DNA from: Candidatus Eiseniibacteriota bacterium
GTDB lineage: Bacteria > Eisenbacteria > RBG-16-71-46
Assembly (NCBI GenBank): GCA_038231135.1
Contig: JBBRLX010000009.1
Location: forward strand, 32,001 to 96,000
Length of the DNA: 64,000 nucleotides
Reading direction: 5' to 3'
In this document: piece after piece, positions 9,157 through 21,851 of the stretch
How the letters are laid out: each line of letters begins with the position of its first letter
Position numbering within the stretch: the stretch's first letter is position 1
Notes under the pieces: model-generated
What the model was told of the DNA's origin: nothing
Database searches by the model: none
Seen by the model: only the letters and a program-made list of their open reading frames with translations
Made by a program: the position numbers and the translations under genes

Positions 9157-9414
9157 CTATCCGACCGCGTCCGCGAGCACCGTGGCCTGATTGTGACTCA
9201 CCTCGAAGAACCCGCCGGTCAGCGCGAGCTTCGACTCGATGCCGTCCGCCGTGCGCATCGTGAGGGTGCCCGGCGCAAGCGCGGTGACGAGCGCGGCATG
9301 GTTCGCGAGCACGCCCAGGTAGCCTTCGGTGCCGGGCACCTGGACGTACTCCACCGCACCCTCGAACACCGGCTTCTCGGGCGTCAGGATCGACAGCGTG
9401 AACGTGTGCGCCAC
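9157..9414 (-). CDS. atpC: ATP synthase F1 epsilon subunit (N-terminal domain only, 85 aa)
   Basis: SILTPE...VPGTEGYLGVLANHAAL...GGFFEV; last gene of the atp operon. Confidence 0.95.
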   Translation of the reverse strand: MAHTFTLSILTPEKPVFEGAVEYVQVPGTEGYLGVLANHAALVTALAPGTLTMRTADGIESKLALTGGFFEVSHNQATVLADAVG

Positions 9415-11686
<2,272 letters not shown>

Positions 11687-11758
11687 GTGGATTCCCCGGC
11701 TGCCCTGCGAACCCAGCCGCGCGGCGCCGCGTCGTGCGGCGGCGCGCCCGGACGGGTC

Positions 11759-13267
<1,509 letters not shown>

Positions 13268-13369
13268 GATGCGAACCCCGATTGGGTTGAGGACGAAAGC
13301 CTGTCACGTGCGCCCCGTGGGCGCCGCGCCCCGCCCGTCCGCGCGGCGCGGCAGGGCTCGTGAACCGTG

Positions 13370-13915
13370 TCATACCGCCACCGCCAGCAACCGCTCCTCG
13401 AGCGCCTCGAGCAGGCTCTTCACCGACCGGTCGACCACGCGGTCGCCGATCCGGACCAGCGCGCCGCCGATCAGCGACGCGTCGACCGCGCTCGTGAGCA
13501 CGATCTTCCCGTGGGTGCTGCGCTCGAGCTGCGCCTGGATGCGCGCCAGTTCCCCGGGCGTGAGCGGCACCGCGCTCACCACCTGCGCGCGGCGAATGCC
13601 CTGCTGCCGCTCGACCAGCCGCTCGAACTGCTGCAGCGCGGCCGGGAACTCGCCGAGCCGCTTCTTGCGCAGCAGCAGGTCGACGAACAGCGTCACCGTG
13701 CGCAGCGCCCGGCCCTCCATCACCTGCAACAGCACCTTGCGCTTGTCCGCCAGCAGCACCAGCGGCGTCTCGAGCAGCGCGCCCACCCGCGTGCCGGGCG
13801 CGATCATGGCGCCCATGCTCGTCATGTCCGCGAGCGCGGCCACCGTCTCGCCGCGCTTCTCGGTCACGAGGAACAGCGCCTTCGCGTAGCGCGCGGCGAT
13901 GCCGGCATCCTTCAC
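13370..13915 (-). CDS. atpH: ATP synthase delta subunit
   Basis: IAARYAKALF...VDASLIGG..VRIGDRVVDRS; position in the operon. Confidence 0.96.
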   Translation of the reverse strand: MKDAGIAARYAKALFLVTEKRGETVAALADMTSMGAMIAPGTRVGALLETPLVLLADKRKVLLQVMEGRALRTVTLFVDLLLRKKRLGEFPAALQQFERLVERQQGIRRAQVVSAVPLTPGELARIQAQLERSTHGKIVLTSAVDASLIGGALVRIGDRVVDRSVKSLLEALEERLLAVAV

Positions 13916-14403
13916 GGCAGCGCCTCCACCTCGTCGATGAACTCACCCACCAGCTTGCGCTGCGCGGCGTCGTCGATCTCCTCGCGCAGGATCTTCTCCG
14001 CGCCCCGCAGCGCCAGCGACACCATCTGCTGCCGGAGCAGCTCCTTGGCCTTCTCGCGCTCGCGCGCGATCTCGTCCTCGGAACGCGCCAGCCGGTCGAG
14101 CGCGTCCTTGTTGGCCTGCGCCTTGATCTCAGCCGATACCCGCTGCCCTTCCGCGACGGCCTCGAGCAGCTTGGCGCGGGCCTGCGCGTCGATGCCGCGC
14201 AGCTCCTGCTCGTAGCGGCTCCTGAGCTGGTCGGCCTCGCCCTGCTTGCGCGCGGCCAGGTCAAACTCGCCCGCGATCTTGCTGCGGCGCGCCTCGAGCG
14301 TGCCCAGTACCCGGCCCCAGGCGAATTTCTTCAGCCCCCACAGCAGGATGAGGAAGCCCAGGATCTGGGTGGCGACCTGGCGGATATCGATCAGATTTCC
14401 CAT
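13912..14403 (-). CDS. atpF: ATP synthase Fo subunit b
   Basis: N-terminal TM (QILGFLILLWGLKKFAW) followed by a long charged helix; AAGGAG RBS before ATG 14403. Confidence 0.95.
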   Translation of the reverse strand: MGNLIDIRQVATQILGFLILLWGLKKFAWGRVLGTLEARRSKIAGEFDLAARKQGEADQLRSRYEQELRGIDAQARAKLLEAVAEGQRVSAEIKAQANKDALDRLARSEDEIAREREKAKELLRQQMVSLALRGAEKILREEIDDAAQRKLVGEFIDEVEALP

Positions 14404-14455
14404 GCGCACTCCTTGTCGCGGGTTCGAGGCCCCGCGCCGGCCGGATTCCGCAGCG

Positions 14456-14686
14456 TCAGATCTTGCTGGACAGCAGGAACATGGTAACGAACGCGTAGAT
14501 CGTGAGCGCCTCGGCGAGCGCGGCCACGATGATCATCGCGAGCTGGATCTTGTCCGTGGCTTCCGGCTGGCGGCCGATCGCCTGCATGGCGCCCTGGCCG
14601 ATCAGTCCGAGGCCGACGCCCGAGCCGATCGCGGCGACGCCGATGCCGAGCGGGAGTCCGAGTCCGAGTGCTGCGTGGAAGTCCAT
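14456..14686 (-). CDS. atpE: ATP synthase Fo subunit c (76 aa)
   Basis: MDFHAALGLG...GSGVGLG...GRQPE...ALAEALTIY; AAGGAGG RBS. It is the C-terminus of the listed 14456..16018 ORF. Confidence 0.97.
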   Translation of the reverse strand: MDFHAALGLGLPLGIGVAAIGSGVGLGLIGQGAMQAIGRQPEATDKIQLAMIIVAALAEALTIYAFVTMFLLSSKI

Positions 14687-14700
14687 CGTGTTCCTCCTTG

Positions 14701-16059
14701 TTAGTGCGCGGGGTGCGCGTCGCCCTCGTGATGCCCGTGATCGTGCGGCAGCATGAGGAGGATGTAGATCGTGCTGAGAACCATGAACACCAGCGCCTGG
14801 AGCGTGCTGGTGAGCAGCGCCAGCAGCAGGAACGGCAACTGCAACGGCAGGCCGAACGGCAGATGCGACCATGCGAGCGTCGTGACGCCGAGCGACACGA
14901 ACGCCACCAGCAGCATGTCCTCGCCGAAGATGTTGCCGAACAACCGGCACGACAGCGAGATCGGCTTCGCCAGCTCGCCGAGCAGATGGATCGGCAGCAT
15001 CAGCGGCACCAGCAGCCAGCCGGTCAGGTTGCGGGGCTGGCCCATCAGGTGGTCCACGTAGCCGCCGAGGCCGAGGCCGCGGATGCCGACGTACTGGACG
15101 TAGAGGAACACCACGATCGCGAGCGAGAACGTGACGTTGAGGCTCGAGGTCGGCGAATCCATGAACGGGATCAGGCCGAACAGGTTCATGGCCCAGATGT
15201 AGATGCCGAGCGTGCCGAGGAACGGCACGAATCGCGCCGCGTGACGATCGCCGATGATGCCTTCGATGAAGTTGTAGAGGAATTCGACGAGCATCTCGAC
15301 CAGGTTCTGCAGCGGTCCCGGGATCATCTGCGGGTTGCGCGTCGCGAAGAACGCGGCCGCGATCAGCAGCAGCCCCACGATCCACGCGAAGATCACGGCC
15401 TCGTTCTCGTGCATTAGGTGCGCCCAGCCCGCGTGCGGGTTGCCGCGCGCGATGACCGTGATGAAGTTGGGGAACTTCTGGGGCCCGCTGTCCTCGCCGG
15501 ATCCGGCCTCGGACCTGGCCGGCGCCTCGCCGGCGACGTGGTCCGCCTGGGGCGGCGCGGCCGCGTGGCGCGACACCGCCGCGTTCGCGGCCGGCGCCGG
15601 CTGCAGCGAGCCCGGCACCACCCACCACGCGGCGACGACAAACGTGGCGACGACCAGTGTCGCGCGCCACGGGCTGGCGGTCACCCAGCGCCACGCCGCG
15701 GACTCGAGCAGCAGCAGCGACGCGGCCTTGAGCACCAGCACCGCGAACGGCACGAGGAACCCGCCGAGCAGCCACATCGGCGGCAGCGCGGTCAGCAGCA
15801 TGCCGCCGGCGCCGAACAGCGCCAGCATGCCGCCGAACGCAAGGCTCGCGCGCCGGAGCGCGGGCCGCGTGCCGCGATCGGGGCTGGTGATCGCGACCAC
15901 CAGCCGTTCGAGCAGCGCGAGATTGACCAGCGACCACACGATGCCGAGCGCGAGCCCCAGGCCCGGACGGACTCCGGCATAGGTGGTGACCGTGAGCGCC
16001 GCGAGCAGCCCCAGCCACAGGGTGCTGCGCCGGACACGTCGGAGGAATTCGAGGCCCAT
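14701..16059 (-). CDS. atpB: Fused ATP synthase subunit I (AtpI, ~4 TM) + Fo subunit a (452 aa)
   Basis: The C-terminal ~250 aa is clearly subunit a (PGPLQNLVE, PTSSLNVT, KPISLSCRLFGNI, LQALVF). The N-terminal ~120 aa is AtpI-like (GLALGIVWSLVNLALLERLV) and in frame with no stop. Confidence 0.9.
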   Translation of the reverse strand: MGLEFLRRVRRSTLWLGLLAALTVTTYAGVRPGLGLALGIVWSLVNLALLERLVVAITSPDRGTRPALRRASLAFGGMLALFGAGGMLLTALPPMWLLGGFLVPFAVLVLKAASLLLLESAAWRWVTASPWRATLVVATFVVAAWWVVPGSLQPAPAANAAVSRHAAAPPQADHVAGEAPARSEAGSGEDSGPQKFPNFITVIARGNPHAGWAHLMHENEAVIFAWIVGLLLIAAAFFATRNPQMIPGPLQNLVEMLVEFLYNFIEGIIGDRHAARFVPFLGTLGIYIWAMNLFGLIPFMDSPTSSLNVTFSLAIVVFLYVQYVGIRGLGLGGYVDHLMGQPRNLTGWLLVPLMLPIHLLGELAKPISLSCRLFGNIFGEDMLLVAFVSLGVTTLAWSHLPFGLPLQLPFLLLALLTSTLQALVFMVLSTIYILLMLPHDHGHHEGDAHPAH

Positions 16060-16079
16060 GTCGTGGTCGAGGGCCGCGC

Positions 16080-16340
16080 CTAGCGGGGCCTCGTGCGCTC
16101 CTGTTCCGCTTCGTCCTGATAGCGGCGGTAGATGAGGAAGGTCTCTCGACCGGCGGCGCCGAAACCCAGGATGAGCCCGAGAATTCCGAACCAGGGAGGG
16201 GTCTTCAGCCACCGATCCAGCGTGTTGCCCAGAAGAAATCCCACCATCGGGGAGACGATGAGCAGCGTTGGAATGGCGAGCAGTAAACCGCCTTTGCGCA
16301 GACCTGAAAACGAATCGTTGGGTTTGCGCGGTGCCGGCAT
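16080..16340 (-). CDS. AtpZ/AtpI-family (ATPase gene 1) 2-TM protein
   Basis: GFLLGNTLDRWLKTPPWFGILGLILGFGAAG motif; first gene of the atp operon. Confidence 0.9.
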   Translation of the reverse strand: MPAPRKPNDSFSGLRKGGLLLAIPTLLIVSPMVGFLLGNTLDRWLKTPPWFGILGLILGFGAAGRETFLIYRRYQDEAEQERTRPR

Positions 16341-16351
16341 GCTGTCCGCCC

Positions 16352-16369
16352 CGGTGAAACTTTTCACAA
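16352..16369 (-). promoter_or_regulatory. Rex-like operator in the atp operon leader
   Basis: Minus strand TTGTGAAAAGTTTCACCG versus the Rex consensus TTGTGAA-N4-TTCACAA (12 of 14 fixed positions). Confidence 0.55.
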
Positions 16370-16416
16370 GCTCGCGGCTAACTGTTGAAATCAATGCTCT
16401 TGGCGCGAGCGGAAGC

Positions 16417-16445
16417 AATGTAAAGAAACCCGCCCGAGCGGTCAA
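16417..16445 (-). promoter_or_regulatory. Sigma70-type promoter of the atp operon
   Basis: TTGACC-17 nt-TACATT on the minus strand. Confidence 0.65.
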
Positions 16446-16472
16446 GCCGAAACTCGGCTAGGCTGCCCGGCC

Positions 16473-17033
16473 ATGGCCATCGCGGGGCAGTCCCATGTCG
16501 AAATCTATGTGTTCAGGAGGCGTCCGCCCCGGGGCCGCGGGGGCCGCGCGGCGGTGGAATTCCTGTGCCTGCGGCGCACGCCCGACCGGACCCTGGGCGG
16601 GGTCTGGCAGCCGGTCACCGGGAAGCGCCGCCCGGGCGAGCGCGCGGTGCGGGCGGCGGCCCGGGAGCTGGCCGAGGAGACCGGCCTCACGCCGCTCAGG
16701 TTCTGGGCGCTCGAAACGGTCGCCGTCTACTTCGACGCGGCGGCCGACCGGGTTCGCCTGCTGCCGTTGTTCGCCGCCGAGGTCGGCCCGCGGGACCGCG
16801 TGCTGCTCTCCCGAGAGCACGACGCGTTCCGCTTCCTGCCGGCGCCCAGGGCCGCCGCACTCTACCTGTGGGAGGCGCAGCGCCGGGGGCTCGTGGCGGT
16901 CGCACGCGAGATCCTGGCCCGGCCGGCGCTCGCGACGGCGCTCGAGGTGCCGTTCGCGCCCGCGGGACCGCGGGTCAGTTCACGATCGCCCATTTCGCGA
17001 CGCGCGATTCGCCGCCGCGTGACAGCCGGATGA
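16473..17033 (+). CDS. NUDIX hydrolase (NudB-like)
   Basis: WQPVTG..GE....AAARELAEETGL Nudix box and LSREH motif. Confidence 0.9.
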   Translation: MAIAGQSHVEIYVFRRRPPRGRGGRAAVEFLCLRRTPDRTLGGVWQPVTGKRRPGERAVRAAARELAEETGLTPLRFWALETVAVYFDAAADRVRLLPLFAAEVGPRDRVLLSREHDAFRFLPAPRAAALYLWEAQRRGLVAVAREILARPALATALEVPFAPAGPRVSSRSPISRRAIRRRVTAG

Positions 17034-19578
17034 AACACAGCCCGGGCGCGGGCCGCCGGTCGAACGGCAGCGGCAGCGTGTGGGTTCCAGCGCCGAGCGC
17101 GCCGACCGCCATCGAGCCCAACCGCCGGCCGCCGGCGTCGAGCACGTCGATCCGCGCGGGCGCCGCGTCCGGCAGCGAGAACGTGACGCGGCCGTCGCCC
17201 ACCGCGGGATTCGGGTGGACGCCCGCGAGCCCGAATCCGAGCAGGCGCGGAATCCGCACCGTGACGTCCGAATCGAACCGGCTGCCGTCCTCGAACGTCA
17301 CCTCGAGCCGATATTCGTAGGTCGCACCCGCCTCGACCGCGCGATCCTCGAACTCCAGCCGATCGCGGCCGAGCAGGCCCGGGGTCCCGAGCCGCAGCCA
17401 GGCTTCGGAGCCGATGCGGCGCTCGACTAGGGCCTGCACCCGCGACGCACCCGGTACGTCCCATCGCAGGTCCACGCGATCCGGCGCGGCGTCCGCCCCC
17501 GCCAGCGACACCAGCACGCCGGTCGTGCGATCGAGATTCAGGACACGCGTGTCGCCGAGGTAGGTCCCGTGGGCGCCATCGAAGCCGCCAAACATCCACA
17601 CCCGCGTATCGGCCGCGTCGTACACCGCGGGCGCCAGCACGCGCGTGCCGAGCGGCGGCCCGGTGGGCGCGAGCTGCCGCCACGCCGGCGCGTCCCCGAT
17701 TGTCAGCTCCCACATGTCGGAAAACGTGTTCCGCAGACCCTGGCCTCCCAGCACCAGCAGGCGGTGATTGGCAGCGTCGATCACACCGGATTGCTGCCAG
17801 CGCGCCTCCGGCGCAGTGCCGCCGGGCGAAATCAGGCTCCACGCGGGCGGGTCGACGGTGAGATCGAGCGACCACACGAAGCTGCTGAGACTGCCGTCGC
17901 TGTTGCCTCCGAACACGATCGCCCGGCGCCGCGCGGCATCGTAGGTCATGGTGAAACCCGACATGGGCGGCGGCGTGAAATCGCCGCCGGGAGCGATCAT
18001 GGACCACGACAGCGGCGACCCGGCCGCGAGCGGCAGCTCCCACAGATCACCCAGCTCACGGGTCACTCCACGGCCGCCGAACAGGATCAGCCGGTCTCCG
18101 ATGGGGTCGTAGATCATGCCGGGGCGCGAACGTGACCCGGGCGTGTCCCCGATGACGAGCGGGCGGGACCAGCCCAGGTCCGGGCTGAACGCCCACACGT
18201 CGGGACTGAACCCTCCGCCCACGGCCAGCATTCGGCTCCGCAACGGATCCCACACCGCCGCGTGCCCGGCGAGCGACGGACCCACGGGGCCCGCGGTGGA
18301 TTTCGTCCACACCGTCGCGCCGGTGGACAGGATCCAGGTCTCGTTCGTGATCGATCGGCTGGCGAGCACGCCGCCGAACAGTATGATCCGGCCTCCGGCC
18401 GAATCGAGCACCGCCGTGGATTCGCGGCGCGGCGCAGGGACCGTCCGCGGCGTGAGGCGGGTCCAGGAGATGGGATTACTCAGGTCGAGGCCCACGGTCA
18501 GGTCGATGTTGCCCGTCGGCGACGCCCCCCCGAACACCACGAGCTGATCCCCCAGATCGTCGTAGCACAACCCGAACGACGAGCATCGCCGGCCTCCGGG
18601 CACGCCGCCGCCGATCTCCGTCCACGATCCCGTACGGAGGTCGAGCTTCCACACGTCGTCGCGGATCTCGCTCGAATCGGCGCCCGACACGCTCGACAAG
18701 CCTCCGAACACCAACGTCGCGCCCCGGCGGCTGTCGTAGGTGGCGCCGGCCTGCCAGCGCCCGTCGGGATGCGGACCATGGACCTCGCGCCACGTCGGCG
18801 TACTCGAGAGATCCAGCGCCCAGGTGTCCTCGAGCAGTCCCGCGATCCCGCCGTTGTGGCCGCTGAACACGACCACCGCGTCGCTGCCGGCGTCGTAGGC
18901 AGCACAGGCAGCGTATCGCGGAGCGGGCGTGGCCCCCGTGGTCTCGAGCCGGCTCCACGCGGGAATCCCGTCCAGTGTGAGTTGCCACACATCGTTCTCG
19001 ATCGATGTCTCCGACTGGCCACCGAACACCAGCATGCGATGGCGGCGCGGATCGAGGATCGCGTCATGCATCCAGCGGGGCGGCGGCGGCGTGCCGGAGG
19101 TGGCGAGCACCGACCATGTGGGACCCAGCCCGGCGAACGACACCACGTCGACGCTGTCGAGCAGGATGCCGTCATGGAGCCCACCGAACAGCAGCAACCG
19201 GTCGGCGGCCGAATCGTAGACCGCCGTGGCCCCGATGCGCGGGACCGGCGGGGTCCCCGTCGCCGTCAATGAGTCCCAGTTGGGAAACGATCCAAACCCG
19301 AGCGACCACAGGTCGATGTGGTTCGCGTCCCCCACCACTACGAACCGATGGCGTCGCGTGTCGTAGGCGCTGGCGAAATTGGCGCGGGCGGGCGCGGAGA
19401 CGCTCGGCGGAATCACCAGCCAGTTGCCGTCGGGAGCGGGAGCCGCCGAGACGACGGCCGGCGGCGCTGCGCACGTGATCGCCAGCGCCGCCGCGGACAG
19501 CGCGGAACGACACCTCGAGCCACGATCGATGCTGCGCATGGGCACACCCGTGCCCTGGAACCACCTGACTGCGGCCAT
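16975..19578 (-). CDS. Secreted Kelch-repeat beta-propeller protein with C-terminal T9SS/FlgD-like domain
   Basis: About a dozen repeats of P.PR....A.YD....R.LLFGG.....D.W. Signal peptide. C-terminal HPNP...IDVLDAGGR...PGLCFIRL. AAGGAG RBS before ATG 19578. Confidence 0.88.
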   Translation of the reverse strand: MAAVRWFQGTGVPMRSIDRGSRCRSALSAAALAITCAAPPAVVSAAPAPDGNWLVIPPSVSAPARANFASAYDTRRHRFVVVGDANHIDLWSLGFGSFPNWDSLTATGTPPVPRIGATAVYDSAADRLLLFGGLHDGILLDSVDVVSFAGLGPTWSVLATSGTPPPPRWMHDAILDPRRHRMLVFGGQSETSIENDVWQLTLDGIPAWSRLETTGATPAPRYAACAAYDAGSDAVVVFSGHNGGIAGLLEDTWALDLSSTPTWREVHGPHPDGRWQAGATYDSRRGATLVFGGLSSVSGADSSEIRDDVWKLDLRTGSWTEIGGGVPGGRRCSSFGLCYDDLGDQLVVFGGASPTGNIDLTVGLDLSNPISWTRLTPRTVPAPRRESTAVLDSAGGRIILFGGVLASRSITNETWILSTGATVWTKSTAGPVGPSLAGHAAVWDPLRSRMLAVGGGFSPDVWAFSPDLGWSRPLVIGDTPGSRSRPGMIYDPIGDRLILFGGRGVTRELGDLWELPLAAGSPLSWSMIAPGGDFTPPPMSGFTMTYDAARRRAIVFGGNSDGSLSSFVWSLDLTVDPPAWSLISPGGTAPEARWQQSGVIDAANHRLLVLGGQGLRNTFSDMWELTIGDAPAWRQLAPTGPPLGTRVLAPAVYDAADTRVWMFGGFDGAHGTYLGDTRVLNLDRTTGVLVSLAGADAAPDRVDLRWDVPGASRVQALVERRIGSEAWLRLGTPGLLGRDRLEFEDRAVEAGATYEYRLEVTFEDGSRFDSDVTVRIPRLLGFGLAGVHPNPAVGDGRVTFSLPDAAPARIDVLDAGGRRLGSMAVGALGAGTHTLPLPFDRRPAPGLCFIRLSRGGESRVAKWAIVN

Positions 19579-19723
19579 GCGGACTCCTTGCGCGCCCCGC
19601 GTGAATCGCAGGGCAACCCGGCTATTTTGTGCCCGCCCCCCGTCACATACAATGCATTTCCATGCGCCGGTGGGTCATCCATGGCAACCCGGCATGCGCA
19701 GATTCGACTTCCGGAGGTAGCAC

Positions 19724-20230
19724 TTGGCCAGCACCAGCTCGTTCGACGTGACGACCGGCGTGGACTTCATGGAGGTCCACAACGCGGTGGACCAGGCCAC
19801 GAAGGAGATCACCACCCGCTACGATTTCAAGGGTCTCAAGGTGGGGATCGAGCTGAACCAGAAGGACAAGAAGATCGTCCTGACGGCGCCCGACGACTAC
19901 AAGCTCACCGCGATCTGGGACGTGCTGCAGACCAAGATGGCGCGGCGCCAGGTGCCGCTCAAGAACCTGGTGCCGGGCACGGCCGAGCCCGCGGCGTCGA
20001 GCTCGGTGCGGCAGGAGATCGCGATCACCGACGGCCTCACCGCCGACAAGGCCCGCGAGGTGGCGCGCATCATCAAGGACGCGAAGCTCAAGCGTGTGCA
20101 GGCGTCGATCCAGGGCGACACGGTGCGCGTGTCGTCGCCGAGCAAGGACGATCTGCAGGGCGTGATGGCGCTGCTGAAACAGCAGGACCTGGAAGTGGAG
20201 CTCAAGTTCGGGAACTTCCGCTCGAACTAG
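19724..20230 (+). CDS. yajQ: YajQ family nucleotide/c-di-GMP-binding protein
   Basis: SFDV...EVHNAVDQA.KEI.TRYDFKG...KRVQASIQGD.VRV...KDDLQ...F.NFR; TTG start with GGAGG. Confidence 0.95.
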   Translation: MASTSSFDVTTGVDFMEVHNAVDQATKEITTRYDFKGLKVGIELNQKDKKIVLTAPDDYKLTAIWDVLQTKMARRQVPLKNLVPGTAEPAASSSVRQEIAITDGLTADKAREVARIIKDAKLKRVQASIQGDTVRVSSPSKDDLQGVMALLKQQDLEVELKFGNFRSN

Positions 20231-21843
20231 GCGCGCACGGCTTCCAGCACGGTTCGAACGAGCAGCCGCGGCAGCGTCTCGAACGCGTACGGAGCGTGAA
20301 CGCGTTCGTAGAGTCCATGGGCGCCGCGCCCCCAGGGGCCGAGCGTCACCACGTCGAGATCCAGCGCGCCGGCGGCTTCGAGCGGCGGCCGGTAGCGTGA
20401 GCCCCACCCCGGCAGCTGGCGCATCAGCTGCTGCGTGGTCTCCGCGCGCCACGCCACGTACGAAGCGTCGGAGATGAACGGATACCGGCCGCGCACCGGC
20501 AGCCCCTCGTCCGCGAGCACGGTCGCCAGCGCACGGCCCACGGCGCTGTCACGCGGCGCCGCGGATGGATAGAACGGTGGCAGCAGGAACACCACCACGG
20601 CCGGTCGCCGCAGCGCGGCCTCGCGAGCGATCCGGCGCACGAATTCCAGGGCGTATCGGCGCGCGGGCAGCAGCCCGGCGGCGATGGCGGGGGCGGACGA
20701 GACCGGACGCGCCTCCGGAGCCGCGGACTCCACGGCCGCCGCCATCAGGTCGGGCAGCACGTGGACGGCCAGCGCCGGAGCGATCCGCGCCGGAGTGGCG
20801 CCGGGGCTCAAGACCCCCTGGCCCCGGAGCCACAGCGCGTCCATCCCCTCCCGGATCCCGGCATGGGCGCGTTCCACCACCCGGCGGAACGCGTCGAAGA
20901 TGGCGTCGAGCGAGGCGTCCGCGCGGATCACATTGAACTCGACGAACGCCTCGGCGGCGGTCTGGACGTCGTAGCCCGGCTTGAGATCGCGAAGCTGGAG
21001 CACCGTGGGCGGCGCGAGCCGCTCGGTTCCCGCCACGGTTTCGAGCAGCGCCGGCGAGGTCGTCGCCTCGACCGCGATCGCCGCCGCGAGTTGCGCCGCG
21101 TCCGTGCCGTCCCACGGCGCCCCGGCGTGCGTGGGCGCGCCGAGCACGAGACACCCGAGCGCGAGCTTGCCGGCGAGCCCGTGATACCCGCACGGCTTGC
21201 CGGCATAGTCGAGATTGATGGCCCCCACGTAGTCCAGGCCACGCGCATCCCGCAGCCGCACCAGCTCGGCGGCCGCCGTCGTCATGCCGGCCGATTCGAA
21301 TTCCTCGTCCGGCGTCGCGACATACAGCACGTTGCCGTCGAGCCGCGTGCGCGCCAGCGATTCGAACGCCGCCGCGCCGGCCGCGAGACCGGATTTCATG
21401 TCGAGCGCCCCGCGGCCGAACATCCAGGTCCCGGGTGCGGCCAGCTCACGGTCGAGATCCGAGATCACGTCGGGCGGCATCGGCCGGCCCTCGCGCCGGC
21501 TCGCGAGCAGCCACTCGCGCAGCTCGCGGGGATGGAACGCGATCGATTGCCCGCCCGGCGCGCCGAGCGATGTGAACTCGGGGACGCCGACGGTATCGAA
21601 GTGGCCCAGCATCACGACGGTGCGTGGCGAGCGGCCCTGGAGCAGCGCCCATACCACCGGCCGGCCGTCGGGCAGCGACCACATGCCGTGAACCGATTCC
21701 GCCGGCAGGTGCGCGGCGAGCGTCTCCGCGCAGCGCGTCTCCGCGCCGACATCGGGGCTCACGCTCGGGATCGAGACCAGCCGGCGCGTGAGCACGAGCG
21801 CCGCTTCGGAATCGATCGGCGGCAGCGGCGGGTCGGGAACCAT
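20227..21843 (-). CDS. RocB-like M20/M25/M40 metallohydrolase (arginine utilization protein family)
   Basis: GHFDTVG, FGRGALDMKSG, PDEE.ESAGM, INLDY, PPTVL..DLK, PFISD, GPWGRGAH..YER. Confidence 0.85.
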   Translation of the reverse strand: MVPDPPLPPIDSEAALVLTRRLVSIPSVSPDVGAETRCAETLAAHLPAESVHGMWSLPDGRPVVWALLQGRSPRTVVMLGHFDTVGVPEFTSLGAPGGQSIAFHPRELREWLLASRREGRPMPPDVISDLDRELAAPGTWMFGRGALDMKSGLAAGAAAFESLARTRLDGNVLYVATPDEEFESAGMTTAAAELVRLRDARGLDYVGAINLDYAGKPCGYHGLAGKLALGCLVLGAPTHAGAPWDGTDAAQLAAAIAVEATTSPALLETVAGTERLAPPTVLQLRDLKPGYDVQTAAEAFVEFNVIRADASLDAIFDAFRRVVERAHAGIREGMDALWLRGQGVLSPGATPARIAPALAVHVLPDLMAAAVESAAPEARPVSSAPAIAAGLLPARRYALEFVRRIAREAALRRPAVVVFLLPPFYPSAAPRDSAVGRALATVLADEGLPVRGRYPFISDASYVAWRAETTQQLMRQLPGWGSRYRPPLEAAGALDLDVVTLGPWGRGAHGLYERVHAPYAFETLPRLLVRTVLEAVRA

Positions 21844-21851
21844 GGGACGCC

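Noticed and set aside
14415..14445. GGGTTCGAGGCCC, resembling a tRNA T-arm
   Set aside because: It lies in the ~50-nt atpE-atpF spacer with no room for a cloverleaf; it is only a small hairpin.
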